Source of the DNA: Saccharolobus solfataricus
Lineage (GTDB): Archaea > Thermoproteota > Thermoprotei_A > Sulfolobales > Sulfolobaceae
Direction: 5' to 3'
DNA length: 32,000 nt
NCBI RefSeq assembly: GCF_900079115.1
Contig: NZ_LT549890.1
Span: 2,880,001 to 2,912,000, forward strand
The notes under the pieces were generated by a model that saw only the letters and a program-made list of their open reading frames with translations, was not told where the DNA came from and did no database searches. Of the stretch, positions 8,338 through 17,096 are shown one piece after another (the first letter of the stretch is position 1; each line of letters begins with the position of its first letter). A program made the translations under genes and the position numbers.

Positions 8338-8858
8338 TCTCCAATAATTTTACACTAATTTTAAGAATATCAATAGCCTCCATATGGCTTTATGCCGGTA
8401 TTTTACAGAAACTTCTCAATCCAGCATTTCTGAATCCATCTTCCGAACAATATGTAGGTTTCACTATACAATACTTATCCCAAGGGTCTATTATAAGGCA
8501 GTTTTTATACATAGTCGCAATGCCACATCCGGTTCTAGTGGGAACATTAGTCATGATAGGAGAGATTAGCTTTGGGATTCTAACTCTTATAGGATTAATG
8601 AGCAGACTATGTAGCGTAGTAGCATTTTATACCAACTTAATTTACTTCTTATCTGCTAGCTGGACTGGAGCTGAGGAATATGGATTAAATCTTTTAATGA
8701 TGATAATAAATGCGTACATAATAGCTTATGGTCCTGGTATTTACTCAATAGACTCTCTGGTTTCTCGAAAAGTTAACGTTGTAAATAACAAGATAATATG
8801 GATAATAGTAGGTAGTGCAATATATGTTGCGATCATTGTGTATCTAATACTTGTCTAG
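8322..8858 (+). CDS. DoxX/MauE-like small membrane protein
   Basis: 178 aa with 4 hydrophobic segments. The N-terminal LILRISIASIWLYAGILQKL resembles the DoxX-family signature. The family call is tentative. Confidence 0.55.
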   Translation: MAKTMISNNFTLILRISIASIWLYAGILQKLLNPAFLNPSSEQYVGFTIQYLSQGSIIRQFLYIVAMPHPVLVGTLVMIGEISFGILTLIGLMSRLCSVVAFYTNLIYFLSASWTGAEEYGLNLLMMIINAYIIAYGPGIYSIDSLVSRKVNVVNNKIIWIIVGSAIYVAIIVYLILV

Positions 8859-9865
8859 GATAGTCTCATTTTTACATACCCAACAATTAGGAGAATAGTT
8901 GCTAAGAGAGAATCTAAGTATCTATCATATATTATTAAATTTATGATATAAAATCCTAGTATTACAGAATAATATATCATGTTCTTACTTCCGAATGGTG
9001 CAAGACCGTAAACACCTAAAGAGAAAGAGATTGACGCTATTATATAGGGTAAAATCAGTACGATGTTATTACCTATCAAAATAAATTCAAACAAATAAAA
9101 TGGCAGACTGGATAACATAATTATCAAAGGTATCTCAGCTAGTAATTTTCCTATGTATACCTTACTTATTCCTACTAACCTTATAATTTGCCTTAATTCG
9201 CCTCTAGGAAAAGAGGATAATAAATAGTAACTCATCAAATCGATAAAGGAAAAAACAAATATCAAAAGGATAATTAGAGGTATCTTTAGCGTGTTTGAAA
9301 AATTATTGTAGGTGAAATTGACATTTAGAGGAAGATTAACGTTATCTGAATCGATCTCAGAAATTGTATAGTTTAGATTTTCTTGTTCAGGATCCACTGC
9401 GATGAAAGTCTTACCCTTAACACTTATGATTGAAAGATTTTGACTGGAATAATATTTTAAGAAAAGACTTGAAAAGGCGAAAGTAGTTGAAGAATTTGGT
9501 ATATATACTGTTAAATTTACGCTCTTTTGAAGCGAATTTTTTATTATTATTAAGTTAATCCTAGTACTATTGTGAACATATGCTACTGGAAGATACAAGT
9601 AAAATGACCCATTATTCGTCTTAACACTCTCTGTGAAATTGTAGTATGACAACTTTATTTCTGAACTCACACCGTTTCCTTGAAAGTCAAAGACGTAACC
9701 TGATACTTTTATCCCATAAGAAGAACCTTGAATGATACCTACAACGCTTATTGACATGGAAAGAATTTGCCCTACTATTAGCGATAAACTCAAGGCTATG
9801 AGAATTAGGAAGACAAACGCAACTGATCTTTTAAATTCCTGCATAAAAATATAGGAAAGCTTCAT
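8855..9865 (-). CDS. ABC-2-type permease-like membrane protein with a large extracytoplasmic loop
   Basis: 336 aa. TM1, then a ~170-aa loop rich in N-x-S/T, then 5 C-terminal TM segments. It overlaps the upstream ATPase gene by 35 nt. Confidence 0.6.
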   Translation of the reverse strand: MKLSYIFMQEFKRSVAFVFLILIALSLSLIVGQILSMSISVVGIIQGSSYGIKVSGYVFDFQGNGVSSEIKLSYYNFTESVKTNNGSFYLYLPVAYVHNSTRINLIIIKNSLQKSVNLTVYIPNSSTTFAFSSLFLKYYSSQNLSIISVKGKTFIAVDPEQENLNYTISEIDSDNVNLPLNVNFTYNNFSNTLKIPLIILLIFVFSFIDLMSYYLLSSFPRGELRQIIRLVGISKVYIGKLLAEIPLIIMLSSLPFYLFEFILIGNNIVLILPYIIASISFSLGVYGLAPFGSKNMIYYSVILGFYIINLIIYDRYLDSLLATILLIVGYVKMRLS

Positions 9866-10544
9866 CGGGTGTCACTCTAATAACCTCATACTTAATTCCA
9901 CGTTTATCTAAATCAATCTCGACACTATTATCGTTTTCCCTTTCCCATATCTCATCGTTCTCGAATTTTATAACTTTGTACAATAATCCACTTTTAGAGC
10001 CATCAAAAACAATCTTACCCTTAGAAATAATTATAACCCTATTGATTAAATCCCATATATCCTTAAGATTATGATGAGCAATTATTACACTTCCTTTAAA
10101 GTTCCTTATTAAATCTCTCGTTAATGAAGAAGTTTGGGACATGTCATCAACTATGAGATATTTCGGGGAAAAAGGTAATGAAAGAGCTAAGGATAACCTC
10201 TTTTTCTCGTCTAATGCCAGATCCCTAATCTTCTTATCCCTATCTAAACCAACAAGATCTATATAGTGATACTCCTTCGTAACATAACTCATTACGTCCT
10301 TTACCCTTATAGTGGATATGAATTTGGGTACTTGAGGTATATAAGCGATCTTCCTCTTGTCATCTAAATACACTTTACCTCTACTCGGTTTAGTCTCACC
10401 AGCTAGTATCTCAACTAATACAGTCTTCCCTGAGTTATGAACACCAACAACTCCTATCTTTTCGTTCTCATAAATATCTAGATTAACGTTAACCACTGCA
10501 AAGCTTCCGTGAAAAACTTTACTTACATTTATTGCTCTTATCAC
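9831..10544 (-). CDS. ABC-type ATPase with degenerate signature and Walker B motifs
   Basis: 237 aa. Walker A GVHNSGKT, Q-loop IPQ. The signature position reads LALDEKKRL instead of LSGGQ. Walker B reads LIVDDMS (D in place of the catalytic E). H-loop IIAHHN. Confidence 0.75.
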   Translation of the reverse strand: MIRAINVSKVFHGSFAVVNVNLDIYENEKIGVVGVHNSGKTVLVEILAGETKPSRGKVYLDDKRKIAYIPQVPKFISTIRVKDVMSYVTKEYHYIDLVGLDRDKKIRDLALDEKKRLSLALSLPFSPKYLIVDDMSQTSSLTRDLIRNFKGSVIIAHHNLKDIWDLINRVIIISKGKIVFDGSKSGLLYKVIKFENDEIWERENDNSVEIDLDKRGIKYEVIRVTPDEAFLYFYAGI

Positions 10545-10663
10545 GTTAGAACTTAATCATTTAAAAAATTAATATATCTTATCATGATTCAACAAACGGA
10601 AACTCACTTAATATTCATTCCTCAAAATTTTATATACAAATATACCAAAAGAAATGTCTAAGT

Positions 10664-12325
10664 ATGAGTGAAAAGTCAAGATCAAAGGTATTAACAATTA
10701 TATTACTCGTATTAATTTTATCAGAATTTTTCAATAGCATATTGGTTAAAACGAGCAGTGTAACAAGTACGTTCATCAGTCTGATCGTCTTAGATGGAAA
10801 GCCAATAATTGTGATTCAGACCTTTAGAGGCGATTTTCTGAATATAATTTTGGAAAACGTTAACGGACAGAAAATAACTTTACCTAGTATCTCTCTCAAT
10901 GTATCTAATATTTTGGCGTATACCTATGATGAATATCTAGTTATTGAAATACAAAACCAAGGAAATTTGACAGTATATGTTATAGACTCTTCATTAGCCC
11001 TAATTAACAGTTTAAAGCTAACGTACAATTATTCTATACAACATCCAGTCTTAAGCGGAAACTATTTAGTTCTAATTAACCAGAAGTTAACGGGAATAAT
11101 AAGCAGAAATATTAGGCTTAATAGTTCTCTCTTAGAAGAAAATATTCCGATCTATAACATTTCCCTATCAGCCTTTAATATAATTAGTAACCATAACGAG
11201 AATATCAGTATAGACGATGTTACAGGGTTCCCCTTAAATTTTACACTGATCAAAGGTCGTTATATAATTGGATCTTTCTTCCCATTAAATGGAGTATTAC
11301 CAATTTTCACGTATAAGAACTGGATTTACATAATTTATCCCATATATTCTAATTCTACCATAAGCAAATATGAAGTAAAAACCGTGGATTTGAATACGAG
11401 CTCAGTAAATTCTACCGAGATTAAATTTAGGGGATATATGAGTGGATATATGCCCTCTAATTTAGATGGTTTGCGAGTCCTAGTATTTTACAATGAAAGT
11501 AACATATCCATTTACTCTGTTAATGGAACTTATATGGAAAGCTTATACATAAACAGCTACACTAGACAACTGGAGAAGCCTTATGCAGTGTATACGCAAT
11601 TCTTTCCACTTGTAGTGTTCTCAAGTAGCTTAGCCCTTGTCAACCCAATTGTAGTACCAACGTCCATTGAAATAGGACCTATTATAAGTGTAACCAATTA
11701 CTCTATTAACATTATACCACCAATTACGACTCGCATTTCAGATTACTATTTATTAGCAAACTTTAATCCTTTTCTGCATTTAGTCCTATTTAATACTACT
11801 TATGGAATAACCATTCCGCAAGTAGCAAATTTCTATATTTATAATGAATCTATCCTATTAATACTTTTTTATAATTCGTCTATATCTTACTATGAAATTG
11901 GTAAGAACGGTTTAAATAGACTTCCCTCGGGTACAATAATTTCGACTGGGCTTATTGTGGAGAACAACTCTATACAGTATTACCATAATCCCATATTCCT
12001 ATATCAAAACATTCCACCAATTCAAGGTTCTCCCATAATATTGAAAAAATACGATAATGGTACATACGAATTAGTTGTAGGATTACCAAACTCCACCATT
12101 TATATACCTAGAGGATATTTTGTCGTAGGAGTTTACAACAATACTATAGTGTTATACCATAAGGGTAAACTTTACTTATCGCTGGGAGATAAACTTCATG
12201 AGGTAAATCTCAATATTCCTCAAAGTAATAATGAATTTCAGAATTATATTGTCATAAGTGTTAGTATATTATTGATATCGACTGCAATATATATTATAAT
12301 TCGTGAAAAAGATAGAATTTCATAG
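10664..12325 (+). CDS. large surface protein with an N-terminal signal/TM and a C-terminal TM anchor, heavily N-x-S/T rich
   Basis: 553 aa. Hydrophobic N-terminus LTIILLVLILSEFF and C-terminal anchor IVISVSILLISTAIYIIIREK. About 20 N-glycosylation sequons. Divergent from the ABC pair. Confidence 0.65.
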   Translation: MSEKSRSKVLTIILLVLILSEFFNSILVKTSSVTSTFISLIVLDGKPIIVIQTFRGDFLNIILENVNGQKITLPSISLNVSNILAYTYDEYLVIEIQNQGNLTVYVIDSSLALINSLKLTYNYSIQHPVLSGNYLVLINQKLTGIISRNIRLNSSLLEENIPIYNISLSAFNIISNHNENISIDDVTGFPLNFTLIKGRYIIGSFFPLNGVLPIFTYKNWIYIIYPIYSNSTISKYEVKTVDLNTSSVNSTEIKFRGYMSGYMPSNLDGLRVLVFYNESNISIYSVNGTYMESLYINSYTRQLEKPYAVYTQFFPLVVFSSSLALVNPIVVPTSIEIGPIISVTNYSINIIPPITTRISDYYLLANFNPFLHLVLFNTTYGITIPQVANFYIYNESILLILFYNSSISYYEIGKNGLNRLPSGTIISTGLIVENNSIQYYHNPIFLYQNIPPIQGSPIILKKYDNGTYELVVGLPNSTIYIPRGYFVVGVYNNTIVLYHKGKLYLSLGDKLHEVNLNIPQSNNEFQNYIVISVSILLISTAIYIIIREKDRIS

Positions 12326-12375
12326 GAAGACGTAACATCTAACCCTTTTAAATTCAAATCTTAGTATATTCTATA

Positions 12376-13038
12376 ATGATAAAAAGTTATACCGTAATAC
12401 TCTCGCACGACGATTGGAGTCGTTATACTGAGAAATTTGATGAAGAGGAATTATATGTAAAAGTAGTTAGAAGAATTCCATCCTTAGATGGACTCACTGA
12501 AAACGTTATGGGTGTAATTTACGCCAAGGACAAGGACTCTTATAAGCAAATAGTTAAAATGCTTAGTAGAAATGCGACAACAATTGACTTTAAAATAATA
12601 GATTTGTATAAAAACAAATCTGGAATCAGAGCAATATACGCATCTGTAGAGAGTCTTAGAGGGAGAATAGCTGAAAGGTTACTACGAGATTGTAGGATTT
12701 TCAGTATGAACGAAACTATATATGAAGGAATGGAAAGATGGAGTATAATTGCTGACTCTGAAAACTTCATCAAGATCATACCAGAGGTGAAAGAGTTAAC
12801 TTACGAGTTTAAAATTATTGAGGAATCTTCAAATCCATTCCTTTCAGTAAAGGAAGAGCTAACACCTAAGGAATTAGCCATTCTGAAACTGGCCTTTGAT
12901 AGGGGATACTTTGAAACACCTAAAAGGATAGGATTAGAGGATTTGGCAAATGAGTTAGGGATTTCTAAACCAGCCATAATGCAGGTTTTAAGAAAAGCTA
13001 TAGCGAAGTTAGCTGAAAAAACTATAAGAGATATTTAA
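12376..13038 (+). CDS. HTH_10 (Bat-type) DNA-binding regulator
   Basis: 220 aa. The C-terminal LTPKELAILKLAFDRGYFETPKRIGLEDLANELGISKPAIMQVLRKAIAKL matches the HTH_10 pattern (L-T-x-x-q-x-e-x-L-x-x-A-x-x-x-G-Y-F-e-x-P-R). Confidence 0.75.
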   Translation: MIKSYTVILSHDDWSRYTEKFDEEELYVKVVRRIPSLDGLTENVMGVIYAKDKDSYKQIVKMLSRNATTIDFKIIDLYKNKSGIRAIYASVESLRGRIAERLLRDCRIFSMNETIYEGMERWSIIADSENFIKIIPEVKELTYEFKIIEESSNPFLSVKEELTPKELAILKLAFDRGYFETPKRIGLEDLANELGISKPAIMQVLRKAIAKLAEKTIRDI

Positions 13039-13204
13039 CTTGTTAGGGAGCTTAAAATTCCTAATCCTATCATAAAAATTCCTAAGAACAATAATGATAA
13101 TCTACCTGCTCTGACCAAAATTTGGAAATCACCTCTTAAACCCTTAACTAAACCAGAATGTATTAGTGATACTATTATTGATTGTGAAATCCATGAACCT
13201 ACTC

Positions 13205-13435
13205 CAAGTGAGCTACCCCCTCCTAAAGGAGGGAGCTTCCTGCTTCACAGCTCTACCATGCCAGTACCGAAGTACTGGTAGAGGGCAGAGCTCCACAGGC
13301 ACTAAGGGTGGCTCCCACCCCGCATGGTACTTAACCGCATGGTACTTAACGTCTGTGCCATCACTGTCTGGAGCAGAGGCGTACCTCATAGACCCTCGCT
13401 TTAACCAAGGTGTCTCGGTGACGCTTGCCCATCAG
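13205..13435. ncRNA. GC-rich, hairpin-dense non-coding element; candidate structured RNA of unassigned class, strand unresolved
   Basis: G+C is clearly elevated against AT-rich flanks. It contains several perfect hairpins: ccctcc-taaa-ggaggg, ccagtac-cgaa-gtactgg (a C(UUCG)G tetraloop on the minus strand) and gggtgg/ccaccc. A long-range pairing joins gctcca-cag with ctg-tc-tggagc. A TATA-like AAATATTTAAAAA on the minus strand lies just outside the 13435 end. Confidence 0.35.
13321..13350. repeat. exact tandem duplication, 2 x 15 bp (cgcatggtacttaac)
   Basis: Read directly: 13321-13335 equals 13336-13350. It lies inside the GC-rich element. Confidence 0.95.
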
Positions 13436-13483
13436 TAACTGTCATCAAAAATATTTCACAGTCAGTGTTTTTAAATATTTCTA

Positions 13484-13535
13484 CAAAGGGGGCTCCATCT
13501 CCGTCTCAAAGAGGCGAAGTTTTCCGCCCCCTTTG
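13484..13535 (-). terminator. 52-nt GC-rich stem-loop directly downstream of the minus-strand gene 13548-14117 (possible 3'-end or terminator structure)
   Basis: Outer 10-bp perfect stem caaagggggc / gccccctttg. An inner ~9-bp stem is ctccgtctc / gaggcgaag. On the minus strand it is followed by a T-rich stretch (ctttgtagaaatattt). Confidence 0.3.
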
Positions 13536-13547
13536 AACCCCCGTCTA

Positions 13548-14117
13548 TTATAATAACCCAATGAGGAAGGTAATATGAATGTTAATAATTGAGCTAATTG
13601 CCATAGTTAACAATAACACCACTATGAAGTCACCTCCGAAGGCAGCTGCAAGTCCGTGAATCCAAATTAATCTGTAATCTGGGTTCTCTTCTTTACTTTT
13701 AACTTCACTTTTATGTCTTAGTATAAAGACTGATGCAACACTAATCATTGTTAGTCCTACTATAATATCAATAACTGGATCTAGACTATATCTTTGAAAA
13801 AATGAAAATAATTGCCCAACTAGTGCGCTTAAACTGGACCATACTATAGTTAAAGCACCAGCAAACACACTAGTTGAAATAAACGCACCTCTAAGATTCT
13901 TTTGCATTAGCCCATAAGATACGGTAATAGGCCATGTGTGTTCATCAGGCTTAAGTCCATGGACTATACCTACTATGAAAATGGCTAAAGGCCAATATAC
14001 TCCCATAACTGATAGTATTTTATGTGCTATAGGCTCTAGTATATCTGGTGACGACAATATGGCAATCGCAATTCCAAGGGATATTGAAAGGGCAATAATG
14101 ACTTCTTTTCTCCTCAT
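13548..14117 (-). CDS. membrane protein with an HGLKPDEH motif; possible metal-ion transporter family (tentative)
   Basis: 189 aa with about 6 hydrophobic segments. The HGLKPDEHTWP and IHGLAAAFGGD motifs are reminiscent of the His/Asp motifs of Ni/Co-type permeases. The function is not established. Confidence 0.6.
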   Translation of the reverse strand: MRRKEVIIALSISLGIAIAILSSPDILEPIAHKILSVMGVYWPLAIFIVGIVHGLKPDEHTWPITVSYGLMQKNLRGAFISTSVFAGALTIVWSSLSALVGQLFSFFQRYSLDPVIDIIVGLTMISVASVFILRHKSEVKSKEENPDYRLIWIHGLAAAFGGDFIVVLLLTMAISSIINIHITFLIGLL

Positions 14118-14188
14118 ACGTTATTAGGGTAACCCTAAAGCATATAAATTTTTCTATCTATAAAAAAGGATGAGGAAATAAAAACACT

Positions 14189-15823
14189 TTACTTTCTTCT
14201 AACTAACACCACTACTACTATAATTATTAGGAGAACTACACCAATTACTATATATATAGTAGTATTTGAAGATGTGGTTGAGGTAGTGGATGTTAAAGGA
14301 GCTGTCGTAGCTGAAGATGTGGCAGTTGATATTTGAGATGTTGATATAGTAGATGTGGCAGTTGAAGAGCTTGTCAATGTTGAAGATGAAGATGGTTGTG
14401 CTGAATAAACTACATAATATGTTGAAGATGGATCATCAAATACTTCTAATTTTCCGTTCAGCATAAAGTAATTGGAAGAGTTTAATTCAACTAATGTGCC
14501 ATTCTCCACCTTATAGACACCAATTATTGAGCTATTACTAAATACTGTAACGTTAAATATAATGTATTGCGAAGTTGTATTAATTTCAACACTCTGTGCT
14601 ATGTGTACCTTACCGTTTAAATTAAGGTTGGTAATGTTTACAATTACTGGGCGAACTGTACTGACATTATGAGTAATGTTATCTTCCGTTAAGACTACAA
14701 ATCTTGATGTAGAATTTACCGTTATTTCTACTAATATACTTTTATGGTTGTGCACTGATACTAAATGGGAAATGTTAACTATTGCGGTTGAAGTCACATT
14801 ACCGTCGTTACTATTTCCTATAATTACTGGAACTCCATTAACGTAAGTGTAACCCATGAAGTTCGCATGTACTTGCTTTACTCCACTAACCGTAACTATC
14901 TTAAGTTCCGTGAATGCGATGTTGTAATTAAGTCCAATCTTAACTGGCATTATCTCTAGATTTCCAACAATACTCGAAATGTGTACATATCCTAGAATTG
15001 TACCATTTACCCCATAAAATTCTATCGTCTCAAAATCTGCACGTATGTTTCCCTTACCTGACATTACTGGAACTATGCCTTCTCCTTTCCAAACTAAGGC
15101 AGGAGTCAGTGTGCCATCGAAGTATGCTGTAGTAACCTTATATCCATTAACCGTTGCATTGCTTTCTGTCCCATTATAGTTAATACTGACCAGTAATGGA
15201 GAATATCTCCTTGGTATTTGCGCTGTCGCGGTTAGCTCTTCACTAACTGATACTTTAGCCTCTACAGATGTTACCGGGAATAAGTATAGGCTTATTTTAT
15301 TGCTTATACTTGCATTTTCTTTATTAATTGTCAATGTTGCATTAGCTATTGTGGAACCGTTTGCGAATTGAAGCACAACTTTACCTGTTCCATTAATATA
15401 CGCATAAGCGTTAATATCAGTGGCATTAAAACCAGCCCATATCAATTCCGTCTCATTTACACTAATTATTACTATTCTTATTAAATTAGGTAAATCAGTT
15501 TTTATCGTAATGGTGTTATTAGTATAAGCTGATACGTTAACATATCCCTCAAATTTCTCTGGAGAAGAAGCAAATAATAGAGTGTAAACTGTTCTGTTGT
15601 ACGTTACCTTAAACGCTTTGCCGTCACTTAGGGTTGTATTATATGTAGCTGAACTTACAGTATAAGTTACTGTACTTGCACTTAATGGACCATTAATACC
15701 GGAGGCTCTGTATACACTATCATATCTTTGATAATACACGTGTATTGTAGGACTTGAACTAGCTGAAATTGGAATTGTTGCGAAAACCGTTAAGAGAAGA
15801 GGTAGGAGGACTAGCCATTTCAT
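14189..15823 (-). CDS. secreted surface glycoprotein with a C-terminal Ser/Thr stalk and TM anchor
   Basis: 544 aa. Signal-like MKWLVLLPLLLTVFATIPISA, many N-x-S/T sequons, a C-terminal SSSSTLTSSSTATSTISTSQISTATSSATTAPLTSTTSTTSS stretch, then a TM segment and RRK. Confidence 0.7.
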   Translation of the reverse strand: MKWLVLLPLLLTVFATIPISASSSPTIHVYYQRYDSVYRASGINGPLSASTVTYTVSSATYNTTLSDGKAFKVTYNRTVYTLLFASSPEKFEGYVNVSAYTNNTITIKTDLPNLIRIVIISVNETELIWAGFNATDINAYAYINGTGKVVLQFANGSTIANATLTINKENASISNKISLYLFPVTSVEAKVSVSEELTATAQIPRRYSPLLVSINYNGTESNATVNGYKVTTAYFDGTLTPALVWKGEGIVPVMSGKGNIRADFETIEFYGVNGTILGYVHISSIVGNLEIMPVKIGLNYNIAFTELKIVTVSGVKQVHANFMGYTYVNGVPVIIGNSNDGNVTSTAIVNISHLVSVHNHKSILVEITVNSTSRFVVLTEDNITHNVSTVRPVIVNITNLNLNGKVHIAQSVEINTTSQYIIFNVTVFSNSSIIGVYKVENGTLVELNSSNYFMLNGKLEVFDDPSSTYYVVYSAQPSSSSTLTSSSTATSTISTSQISTATSSATTAPLTSTTSTTSSNTTIYIVIGVVLLIIIVVVVLVRRK

Positions 15824-15871
15824 GTGGGATAGTAGGACGTTTCCCCTATATAAGGGTTAAGTTGTTCCGCT

Positions 15872-16582
15872 TCATGAAACGGGTTGAATTTCAAAAAATT
15901 GTCTAACAAAATTTATATCGCGAACCAATATAAACTCATCTGAGGTTTCATTACTACTACTGTTGGTAGACTTTCCTATAAATTTAAAGTAAAGACCTAT
16001 ATCGTTAAGTATTTGTTGTGGCGTCAAATTCTCATAACTCTTACCATAAATATAAGCAGTTACCTTAACATCATCCTCCTTTATAGTTACATTTGCATAG
16101 GTTTGGTTAAGATTTAACATTACGACTTGACCATCTTCAAAATAGAGAATAACATATAATTGAGAAAACGTTATATTAGGTTTGATACCGACAATGTACA
16201 TTCCATGTTCTTTAACGTGTATCTTAAATTTAGCCTTAAGTGAAAATGAATAGGTTTGAGGCTGTTTAGTAGTAGTTGAAGATCCAGAATTAGTAGTAGA
16301 GGACTGAGTTGTAGTGATAGTTGAGGTTGCTCCAGATGTTGTGTTAGTTGTGGTTGAACTAGATGGAGAGATAATTTGCACTGTGGAGACATTTATTGGA
16401 ATCCCGCCTACTGGCTGAGTAGGTCTATTGTGTAGTGTATAATAAAGTTCTATACCTAAAATTACATTTACAATTAAGGTAATTATTACCAAACCTACCA
16501 AGAGTGTTTGTCTATCCACGATTTGTAATTGGTTGAATATTCCATATAAACCTTGGTTCCATGAAACTGTGAAACAATGCAT
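15872..16582 (-). CDS. membrane-anchored protein with a Ser/Thr-rich stalk, unknown function
   Basis: 236 aa. N-terminal TM LLVGLVIITLIVNVILGIELYY, then SSSTTTNTTSGATSTITTTQSSTTNSGSSTTT, then a ~130-aa C-terminal domain. Confidence 0.6.
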   Translation of the reverse strand: MHCFTVSWNQGLYGIFNQLQIVDRQTLLVGLVIITLIVNVILGIELYYTLHNRPTQPVGGIPINVSTVQIISPSSSTTTNTTSGATSTITTTQSSTTNSGSSTTTKQPQTYSFSLKAKFKIHVKEHGMYIVGIKPNITFSQLYVILYFEDGQVVMLNLNQTYANVTIKEDDVKVTAYIYGKSYENLTPQQILNDIGLYFKFIGKSTNSSSNETSDEFILVRDINFVRQFFEIQPVS

Positions 16583-17096
16583 TTTAGAATGACGTATTTA
16601 CGTCAAAGTATAATACCTCAGGTAACTTACACGAGCTACATGAGTTACATAATATTATAAAACTTTTCATAAAATTCGGATCTAATGATTAAAAGATGAA
16701 AACAAAAAGTTTCAGAAGTAAAATAATATTCTAATGAAGGCTATCAGTGTTACTCAAAATGTAGAATCAATTATTCTTATCTGTTTTTAGAGAAACAAAT
16801 TGAAATCACAATGGATTCGTGAATCACCCTATTGAGATAGCTATCAAAATTAAAGATTACGATGCACAAACTAAACATTTGAAAATGGTTCTAGAAAAAC
16901 TCAGAGAAACTAAAAAGTTTGGTGTAGAGGGCTATAAAGGTATCTATCGAAAAAGTATATTAATCTAAAATGGAACGGTGATCTTTTTAAAATGTTAATG
17001 TAGTTTTTCGTTAAAATGTAATAGTAGGTTAATATAATTGATACTATGAAAATGCTAATATAAGTATATTAAGGTCAGTAGACATATTATGAGTTA

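Noticed and set aside
13090-13200. Possible C/D-box sRNA (AATGATAA ... CTGA)
   Set aside because: The C box is imperfect. The spacing to any C'/D pair is far longer than the ~12-nt guides of archaeal C/D sRNAs.
13195-13240. tRNA-like start (GGGGGTAGCTCACTTGGAGTAGG) on the minus strand
   Set aside because: A D-arm-like stem can be drawn. No anticodon stem, T-arm (GTTCRANYC) or acceptor pairing follows, so it is not a tRNA.
13205-13435. Assigning the GC-rich element to RNase P RNA or SRP (7S) RNA
   Set aside because: Neither strand has the universal RNase P CR-I GGAAAGUCC. Neither strand has the SRP helix-8 pattern of a GNAR tetraloop followed by GGAGCA at hairpin distance. The weak RNase-P-like motif order could be chance. 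I cannot run a covariance model, so the class is left open.
13166-13438. 90-aa ORF covering the GC-rich element
   Set aside because: The composition is implausible (runs of S/G/T/P, and the repeated AWYLT comes from the 15-bp tandem duplication). There is no upstream start context. The open frame is best explained as a by-product of GC-rich structured DNA.
16171-16392. 73-aa ORF within the Ser/Thr-stalk region of gene 15872-16582
   Set aside because: It is an alternative frame of the low-complexity Ser/Thr-coding repeat on the same strand, and therefore an artefact of repetitive codons.
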